This document shows positions 11,001 through 21,900 of a DNA stretch of 46,932 nt, in pieces. A program made the translations under genes and the position numbers. Below the pieces are notes generated by a model that worked only from the letters and a program-made list of their open reading frames with translations, did not search any database and was not told the origin of the DNA. Source of the DNA: Octopus bimaculoides (Eukaryota). The stretch's first letter is position 1, and every line of letters starts with the position of its first letter. Location of the stretch: positions 91,106,204 through 91,153,135 of the forward strand of contig NC_068984.1 in assembly GCF_001194135.2 (NCBI RefSeq), read 5' to 3'.

Positions 11001-14000
11001 TTGTGAGGTGGATGGGATAATTGAAGTAAGATGGGAACTGAAAGATAAAAATGGGATTACTGAACTAAGAAGTGTAGAAATAGAAAGCAAAATAATGTTT
11101 TAAACCTGTTAGTGACATGGTACCAAGTTCGAATATGGAACATTTTTCCTTCCATTTCCTTGAGTGTGTGGATCCATGATGTGCAGAGATGCTTCACACT
11201 GATAAATGGGTAATCTAATGGCCAGTTTGTGTTGAAGCAGGTGGCAACAGGTTGGTGTGGCCTACATAGTTGTGCACTTCAAATTTGCTCCCAAGTGCAA
11301 TTGATGAGGTGAAAACCTATTTCCCCAATTGAAAGTATGATGCAATACATGGCACTACATTTACAACATTACAACCATCATTAGGTTCAGGTCACAGAAT
11401 CACATTACTGAAAATTTCTCATCAAACTTTGTAGCAAGATAATAAAGGAGGATAAAGTAAGAAGAGATGAACAGATTTATATATGTGAAAAGGTGGTAGT
11501 AAAGAGAGTAACAGAGCAGACACTATAGAGGGAGGGAGTATGAAAATGAACAGAAGTAAAGAAGAGGATTGGTATCAAGGGCATTTGAGAAAGGGAGGTA
11601 CAGAATGGAAAAGTGACAAGGTGGGTTCCGTGGCAGGAGTCTAGGGTTATCTTATAATGATGCATATAGATGGGAGATGTGAGGAAAAAAAAAAGGAAGA
11701 GAGAAATCTTGAGAGAGTCATTGAAAGAAAGATAGAAGTAAGATTCATCGGGTTAGACCAGAAGGTAGGAGATGAGTAGAGGGGTGCATGTTGAGGATGT
11801 TGAGGAGGAGAAGCTGTGAGCAGCAGACAGAGAAAAACAAAAAAACAAAAACAAGACAAAAGATGGAGGGGCAGTGGGTGAGAGCAGTGAAAGACTAGAG
11901 GCTACTATAGAGTTATATTGATAGGTAGAGAGATAAGATCAGAGCAAGTGTATGTTTGTATGTGATGTACTTATATACATATACATGTATGTAAGTATGT
12001 ATTGGTCAATTGGCAAAGACATTCAAAAGCAACAGGAAAAATTTTTGATATTGAAGGAAACACTAAATTACTCCATATACCAAGTAGTTTCCAGTTAATC
12101 TTTCTCAGGAACATACACACCAAAATGCCCATGCATACACATACATTTAAGAAAACTTACCCATTTCTGATGGTGATCCTTGACTCTTTCCATAACCCCT
12201 ATATTCAACCATGAGAACATTACAACCAAGACTAGTATATAACCCATATGCATTCATCAAACTGAAAGAAAAATTACATTATATATTATATATTTTAATA
12301 AATACTAGATAAATACACACACACACACACATATATATATATATCATCATCATCATTATCGTTTAACGTCTGTTTTCCATGCTGGCATGGGTTGGACGGT
12401 TTGACTGAGGTCTGGAGAGCAAGGAGCTGCACCAGGCTCCAATCTAATCTGGCAAAGTTTCTACAGCTGGATGCATTTCCTAATGCCAGCCACTCCAAGA
12501 GTGTAGTGGGTGCTTTTTATGTACCACCAGCACAGGAGTCAGTCAGGTGAGCCTGGAATTGATCACGTTCAGATGGAGCTTTTTGTGCCACAGGCACGGG
12601 AGCCAGTCAGGGGACACTGGCATCGACCACATTAAGATGACGCATTTTACATGCCACCGGAACGAGAGCCAGTCAGGGGGCACTGTCTAAAGCTATGATT
12701 TTGGGTTTTCTTGACTCAACAGGTCTTCTCAAGCAAATCATATCACTGGACATGCAACACTGGCATCGGCCATGGATGCGATCTCACTTTAGTTGCTGGG
12801 TCTTCTCAATCACAACATATCTCCAAAGGTCTCTGTCTCTTGTCATTGCCTCTGTGAGGCCCAATGTTCGAAAGTCATGCATCACCACCTCTTCCACAGG
12901 TTCCTTCAACAGTTAGGGTGTGGCACTTCCTCACACAGCTGTCCTCATCCATACTTAACACATGACCATACCAGCGCAGTCATCTCTCTTGTACACCACA
13001 TTTGATGCTTCCTATGTTAAACTTTTCTTCTGTGAGGCCCAATGTCTGAAGATCCTTTCTCAAATAAATATAGATCAATAAAATATGTACCACACTGAAA
13101 AGACAGTGAAAGTGCTTGGCTCAGTGGTTAAAGCTTCACTCATCTGTAGTAATGAGTCACAATGTCACTGGTGCCAAGCTGTATTGGCCTTTGCCTTTCC
13201 TTTGGATAACATCAGTGACATGGAGAAGGGAAGCTGGTATGCATGGGTAACTGCTGGTCTTCCATAAACAACCTTACCTAAACTTGTGCCTTGGGGGAAC
13301 TTTCTAGGTGCAATCCCATGGTCATTTATGACCAAAGGGAGTCTTTACCTTTTTACACCGAAAATAAGTACTGGGGAAGATATGATAGGCTAGAAAACTC
13401 TTGAAGACAGTGACTCATCATGGTCACAGTCAAATAATTGAAAACAGGAAAAGAATACAAAAAAAAGAATGAAGGAATATAAAATCCAGATTACCCCTAT
13501 TCATCTCTCGTGTCTTTTGATTATTTGCAAAGAATCATTATTCTAAACAATTATTTTCAATTATGCTAGCTAAAAATTAAAAAATGGAAAATTTACTTAT
13601 CTGTAACACCTAATTTATTGCATTTTGCTCAAGCTAAATTCAATGTCAATTATAATATAATACCCACTTTTATAGCTGAAAATTAGAAATATAATTTATC
13701 TTCTTAAATATTTAATGATATTAAATTAAAAATTTAAATTTTTACTACATTCTCTTACTAAATTTAAACTGTGTACCATAAATAGTGTTTCTTCACATCC
13801 ATACTAATCAAATGATTGTATACTGAAGATTTATTTTTTTATACTGCTAGCATACATTGGTAATGTAACTCTGAACTGTAATATTTTACATTAAATAATC
13901 TCTTTTAGATAATATAGTGTATAACCATACACCACCTGTGTACTAATAGGCTGAATAATTGCTATGTATTTACTATAAAGACATCCAGTGAATACACTTC

Positions 14001-17000
14001 ACTGCCTTCAGCAATGAAATGTTACATTAATTATTAGAGGTGGTGGGGGAATACTGCTTATAGTTTCTTCATATTCAAAGGTTTGTAGTTGCATTTATTC
14101 TTTTTTTTTTTTACTGCCCACCAGTTTTGACCCAAGTATTTTCTTTTAAATTTCTTGTGTAATGCACAAAAAATACATATAATGACTATCTATATGATTT
14201 GCATAATATTAATATTTGCTAATATTTTGAAAATTATTTTAAATAGTAATAATTTTATTGAAAAAGTGATTTCTAACCACTTTTTACATTCACTAAATAC
14301 TTGAAAAGAATCCAAGTAAGTCTACTGCCTTTTTGAAAGTCTTAACTGAGATAATAAAAATGAAACAAACAACAATTCAAAAATCTAACTAGCTTAGATA
14401 CGTGTGTAATATTGTAATGAATTAATAAAAATATTTATATACCGGTGACCAATGTTTCCAGCATTTCCATGGAAAAATATCACAGTAGGGGCAGTCACAG
14501 AAGAATAGCTGGGTTGTTTGATAAGTACTACATGTATACTGGTACCATCTTTGGTCTGAAGATAGCTGCTTTCAAATGGCAGTTTAAGCAAGCTCGGCAT
14601 ATCAACATAGATTCTGGCATTTCGTGGTTGTTGAGGATAATAAATTAACATGTCCTGCCCATGATACAACAAGCCTGAAAAAAAAAAAGAAAAAATTGAA
14701 TTTTTATAAAAATGATTTATTATTGAAAAGATTTTTGAAAATAATTTAATGTGTTCACACAGCATTTCTCACATTCCCACTTACTGTGTATTGTAGGCAT
14801 CATAAGTCTACCATTCTAAAATAAATAAATAAACCTCTTCATGAAGGCTTGGCATCTCTTCCATTAAGTTTTTGTTTGAATTAATATCTCAAAACAACTT
14901 TTTTATAATATAACCATATATGAAGTAAAAAAGTGATAATTTCATGCTCTCAGTGTGTTTAAATCCAAAAAGATATCAAATTATGGTTGAAGATCTTCTT
15001 AAACAGTATTTCTGCTTCCATGTGATTACTAATTATACATACACCCCATGAAACATCTAAAAGGAATCTAATAAATGAATAGAGAGATATCTAATAAATG
15101 AAGTACCCATATGCAATCTAATAACCCTACAGATACCACCACTTAAATAAAAATATTCTCTTCTTAATGCAAAGGAAAAATTTCAGCAGACAATAATGTT
15201 TTTGCACATAGAAACCTAATAACTTCTTTCAAACATACATGTCTAATTGTTTAGTAAATCAACCAAGTGATTAACATGAACTTGTTTTGTTGAATCTGGT
15301 GTGATAAAAAATTCAAATCAGCCTAAGCAAAATCTAAATACTGACTTATTAGAAAGATGTAGTCAGTCCAGCTTTTAATCATCTCTTGAAATCTATGATT
15401 ATGAAAACACAAACATACATGGTATATACATTATTAGATAAATGGAAATGAACTAATAAATATCATTATTATCACTGGTATATTGTTACTTTCCATGCTG
15501 GAATGGGTTCAATATGGTAATATGTCTTATCTCCACTCTTGTTGATCCTATATTATCTCATCCTAAAGATCCAACCTCTTCAGATCTGGCCTCACTACCT
15601 CCTGTTTGTCTGGCTTTTTCTTTACCTCATGTATCTTTTCTTCTGCCATATATATCTTAGCACACAATATCTTTACTTTATATTTATTTTTTATTTTGCT
15701 GAGCAGATTTCATCTGTTCACATTATCCATCAATACCAATAAAGCCAGCTCTCCTACTTATATCACTTGTTACCTTTTATGCCTCACTACTTTTTTACTC
15801 CTTGCCATTTCACTTTAACAATACATATCCAACAGATCATACTTAACTTAAACCATATTTTGTGCATTTTAATGCCAGAACCTCTTACATATAAGCTTTA
15901 GAACTTGTCTTTGAACAGAGCGAAACAGATAAATAATGATGTGTTTTAGGCAGGTACAAGTTGCCTCCCACACATTTTTCCCTTGATCACTCTTCTGTGC
16001 TACCTGTTACTGTTTCCTCTCCTCTGAAACACTTTCCTGTTGACTCACCCCTATATGTCTATGACCATGTTTTTTCTCTTTCACCATATTTTTCTCTGTT
16101 TCCCCACACACTCTTTTAACTTACCTACCCACTACTTACCTGTCAACCTGCCTCTTTCTTTCATCTGTCCCCAATCTATTATATTAAATAGTGAACATCT
16201 AGCATGAACATTCAGATGTTATTTTTGACCACATTAAAAAAAAAAAAAAAAATCCATCTACTAGACAAGTAAATTTCCAGTTACCAACATTCTACTAACC
16301 ACTTTTTCACCAACGATCTATGTTCTCTCAACATCTTATGCTACTACAACAGCCTTTGAGACTTTCAATGTGATAACTGTATGGCAGGTAGCCTGAATCA
16401 ACCAGCAAAGGAATATTAAACTTGCTCATAACTGTTTTTCATTCATGTTAGTAGATGAGCTAAAATGGATAAGGCAGATGCATTCACTAAAATTTGAAGA
16501 TTTTATCATTATTAAAAGTAAACAATGTTAGAGATTATCAGAATTATAGAGATTATCAACATCCACTGAAATGTTAAGATTTTATGGTTGTAAAAGTGAA
16601 CAATATCAGAGACAATTAGAATATACCATACTTGCAAATTCAGTTTGTTTTGTATTCAAATAAGCAATTGAATTAACAGATGGAATATTTTTTTGACAAT
16701 CTTAGTTCAGTTTAGAGTCACTTGAATCTGAGAAAGGATAATGTACAGAGAACTAGAATGAGATATCTGAACTCATTCACACATGAAAAATGTTGGTCTT
16801 AAAACATGACACAAGATTAAAGCTCTCAGTACTCCTCCTGTCAAGCTGATTTGCCTGAATTTCCAACTTAATTTGATATACAAACTATATATAGACATCC
16901 AAATATAGGAGCAATTAAAAGGAAAGCTTCATCGATCATTTACAATCAAGTAGATAATAACTAATCTTTGGCTGGTTTTAAAACATCAATCAATCACCAG

Positions 17001-18951
17001 TGAAAATTTATAAGAAGCTGATTAATGGCATTACCTGGCTTCACAATTACCAGCAAACTGAAAACAACAAAACCTATGTAGTACATATGTAGTTCAATAA
17101 TAATTTTGGATCAACTCAACCTAGCTATAAATTCCATATATTAACAATATTTCTATTGTCTTTACAATTACCTTCAAAGGTCAATGAAATCATTTGAAAT
17201 TAGTTGTTACAAAAGTAATAATTTAACAGTAATATTAGTGTATTAATATCAGTATATTTCTGTCAAAGCTGAACTGAATTCTATTGAGAAATAAGATTCA
17301 AATGATCAATCAGTAACCATTTTGTTTAATTATAATTGTTAATTAAACAATTACACATGAAAGGTCCTATTTTCAATTATATGATTAATAATAGATAACC
17401 AAAACATGAGATTAATTCTACTTGACAAAATTCATATAAAAACAGTAGTACAAGGACAGACTGTAAATTTCATAGGTTGGCTATGAAGGAGTGATGCTAT
17501 AGCTGTGAAATCTTGTATGCATTAATTTCAACTCCCCTTATTAAGAACTGCATCTTTTCAGGTAAACTGACATCTGAATGTTCAAAGAAAACTTCAAAAG
17601 TAACTAATACTGACTTCTCTTAAAAATCAACAAAATTTGGTATTGCAATGTTATCAAGTACCTGCAGTAAAAGAGTTTAGCCTCTAAGGACATTCATGCT
17701 GACATGGTTGCTACATCAGGGGATGACACTCCAGCTCTATCAACAGTGCAAAAGTGGGAACAGAGAGTCTTGAAGACAACCCAAGGTCTGGACATCCTGC
17801 AACTACCATGACTGAAGAAAACATTGATCATGTTCACCACATGGAGGTGGATGAGATGATTGACTATAAATCAAATAGCCAATGCTATTAGCATATTCCT
17901 TGAGAAAGTTGAGAATATTCTGCACAATGAACTTGACATGACAAAGTTTTCTGTTCGGTGGGTGCCATGTCTTCCGACACCTGATTAAAAGTACACCAGG
18001 CTGATTATATCACAGGAAAATTTGATATTGTTTGAGGCAGATCCAGCTGGTTTCCTTAAATATTTCCTAACCCAGAGTGGATGTTGGCTTCATCATCTTG
18101 AGCTACAGACAAAGAAACAATCCATGCAGTGGAAACAGCCCTCCACACTTGCTCCAAAGAAGGCTAAGGTCATTTCATCTGCAAGGAAGGTCATGACCTC
18201 AACTTTTTGAGATGCAAAAGGCAACGTGTTCAGTGACTATCTTCAGAAGGGCCACACCATTAATGGAGAGTAGTATGCCAACTTGCTGCTGAGGCAGTTA
18301 CAAAAAGCTATCAAGACTAAACACCCAGGAAAACTGACGAAAGGGGGTTTGTTTCATCAGAACAATGCTCCAGCATACAAGTCTTTCTGAGTACATTTAG
18401 TAAATGGAAACTGAAAGAAGACTATCATATATGTGTATGTGTGTCTGTGTTTGTTTTTCCACTGCCACTTGACAACTGGTGTTGATGTGTTTACGTCCCT
18501 GTAACTTGACAGTTCAGCAAAGGAGACTGATAGAGTAGGTACCAGGCTTAAACTATAAGTACTAGAAAATTCTTCAAGGCAGTGCCCCAGAATGGCTGCA
18601 GTCTAATGACTGAAACAAGTAAAAAATGGAAAAAATGTAATCCTTAATCCATGTGAAGCCAGAAAGCCACAACAGGTTAAAAAAAAAATGTATCTAGTAA
18701 TTTATGTATGTATACATGCATGCATATCTTTATCTTTTATTTTTTGCTTGTTTCAGTCATCGGAATGCGGCCATGCTGGGGCACAGCTTTGAAGGGTTTA
18801 GTCAAACATATCAACTTCTGCAGTAATTTTTTTAAAGTCTGGTACTTATTCTATTGTTCTCTTCTGCCAAACCTCTAAATTACAGGGACATAAACAAACC
18901 AACACCTGTTGTAATGTGGTAGGAGGATAAACACACACAAAGCTATGTATG

Positions 18952-18990
<39 letters not shown>

Positions 18991-21900
18991 GACAAATCTC
19001 CATAGTGTTTCTGTCTACCAATTTCACTCACAAGGCATTCATAAGTCCAGAGTAAGAATTGAAGATGATTGGCTAAGGTGCTGGCAGAAGAACTGACCTA
19101 AAACCACATTGTTGCAAAGCAAACTTCTCAACCACACAGCCATACCTGCACCTATATACATACATATATATATAATGAATAATAGAAAAGAAAGGGGAAA
19201 AGACAAGTACAGCTAAATGCTTCTATTTTTAGAGCTTTTTGTAGCATCCCTGAATTCAAAAAGCATATTTATAGTAGATATATCCTTGACAACAAATTAT
19301 ACTTCCATCCTTGGTAACTTTCTGAAGACCAATTTCAAAAGACTATCAGTCTCTCAGATTGATAATTATTTATATTGGAACAAACAGTGTCGTCAAGTTT
19401 CTGTATAGCCTCCACAAGAACATAAAAATTATGCCATACAATCTGTTTGTGATAAAATAGTGTTAGGAATATAGTTCATTAGTACCCAACAGAATGTTTG
19501 TTATTTAGTATTATTTAATATCTGATAATTTACAGTTGCTAAATCTGACATAATGAAAGACTTAAGTTTGATAGTTTATTGATTCTTCCCAATATATTTT
19601 TTCATCCTTGACTATGTTTTTACTGATTTAACTTGTGATAGATTTTGCATGTAATCTATATTGATTACTTTTTTGTATTCTCTTTGTTTGCTATTTCATC
19701 TGCTTTATTGTTTCCATTAATATCTGTATGGGCTGGTATCCAAATCATAGTTAATGGTTTGTTATTTTCTTATAAATAATTATCCCTTTTAACAGAATAC
19801 ACTCCTACATTTTAATCTGACCTCTTTTTCGTTATTGAAATAATTCTAAGTTTGTTAAATGGCAATGAAAAGAAATACAGTTTCCAATAGTAATTCTTTA
19901 GCAAAATCTTTAAGTGATCATGTCGCACCAACTGCCTCATATAATTGTAAAATTGTGATATAGTTTTATGCAAATGTTTTTATTATTGCTTTGAAAATTT
20001 GAAGTAGCACCACACCTACTCCACTGTCTGATGTGACCAATGTGTGTAGTTGACCCACTTATCAAAATAGTCTAACTGAGCAATATTATGGTATTGTTTT
20101 GATATTTTTTAATGTTATTTTGAAAGATTTTAACTGTTCTGTCTGAGAAGTGAACCAAGTTTCATACAGCTTACTCTTCTGTTTAAACTGCTCAGCACTT
20201 CCTAGATGCATCTATCAACATTGAGTAGGGGTTAATCTTGTTTCTTGATCTATCTTAAGCAACTCAATATATTTCTCCGTTTGAATGGAGAATTTTTCAA
20301 TAGCTTGAGGATGGATTGCACTTGTATCCCTCTTATCCAGCTGCCATACAAAAACTGAGCATCAATAAACTCCCTTATACAATCTCAAATATTTATATGT
20401 TCAACAGCAGAATTTCTGAGATAATTAGTGTGCCATGTTGAGATCATATTTTGGACCATTTTGGTTTAACAAACTCAATCTGATTTTTTAGAAAATTTCA
20501 ATACAAATATAGTCTTTCATACTAATTAGAAAAATCATATCCCCTTTTTCTATTTTTATTTATTTTGAAAAATCAATAAGACAGTTACAAACCTTTCAAG
20601 ACTGAAATTTTGCACTTTACAAATCCAACACGTCCAATCTGAACATGAAAGAAATTGGAATTCCTCTATGTTCCCAGAGCACCATATTAAAACTATACAA
20701 TTTTAAACCAGCATAAGCAATCAAGAGGAGACTTCCCTAAATTTCACCTTACTGTCTTATGTATGTATGAGCCAATGATAGCTAGGCATCAGAGAAACAG
20801 TAGCCAAACCTCCCTCAAATCCCTCTCCCTACTGCCATGTGTATGTATGAGCCAACAAGATCTCTACATGGTAGCTAGATATGTTGATGGCTGTATTAAT
20901 AGTTTAGAGGTGTTGGGAGTATTGTGTGTGTGTGTGTGTAACATACCACCACCACTACCACCTCTTAATCATCATCACAGCCACTACATAGTAGTAGTAG
21001 TAGGAGGAGGAGGAAGATAGATGCTTTTTGTTATTGTCTAACTCCATATCATTTCTCATCCAGTAGTGATTTGAGAGATGTTCCTCTACTATTCTAGCAA
21101 GTTGATCAAACAGCTTTCATTTTTAAGACAGCAGGCTGTAATTTGAGGGAAATTTAGCTGCTATTTTTTTTTTATTATTAATTTCTCTCAAAGATGGCTG
21201 TGGTTTTTGTAATTAGCATTTCTTCATCTCAGTAGAAAAAAAAAGTATCTGGTAAGCCAAAAAGATCCCATTTTTCCCCCTACCAAATACATAAGATGTA
21301 TTTCCAGTTTCAAATTTGAATGTAATCAGATACTGAGAATTTTGTAATGTTAATAGTTGATTTATTAGATATATTTCATCACACTGATAATTGATAAAGT
21401 CTGGGCTATAGTACTTTGTTTTGGCTGAATCAGACTGTTGACCATTTCCATTTGCCCATTTTATTGCAGTTGTTAGACCTAACATGGTTATTAATAATAC
21501 TAGATTCCACACTCATCTCTTAACTTGCAATGACCTCTCTGGATTCTCATCACTCTCATCTCTTTCTCCATCTCATGTCAACTTCTTCCTACATTTCCCA
21601 CTCCCATAATGTAGGATAACATTGAATCCTCTTCTACATAACCCCCACCGTCCTTCTTCTCTGTTCCCCATTATCTTTTCCATATGGCATCCAGCTATAG
21701 AAACCCTGCCAAAATGGAAATATCAAAGAACAATGCTGCCCACTGTTGCATTGGGTCTTATCAACTTAAACCAGAATGGAAGGTTGATGCAAAACGATGG
21801 TGATAAATTGAGATCATCAACAAAATTTGGCATTTTCATAATTCTGTTTAAAGAACTATATAGATCTGTTGCATAGAATAAAAATATAATGGGTGAAATT

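Noticed and set aside
21213-21512. ORF resembling a secreted peptide (MWNLVLLITMLGLTTA...)
   Set aside because: Starts at GTG directly after an in-frame TGA, has no recognisable family, and lies in probable decayed Penelope sequence.
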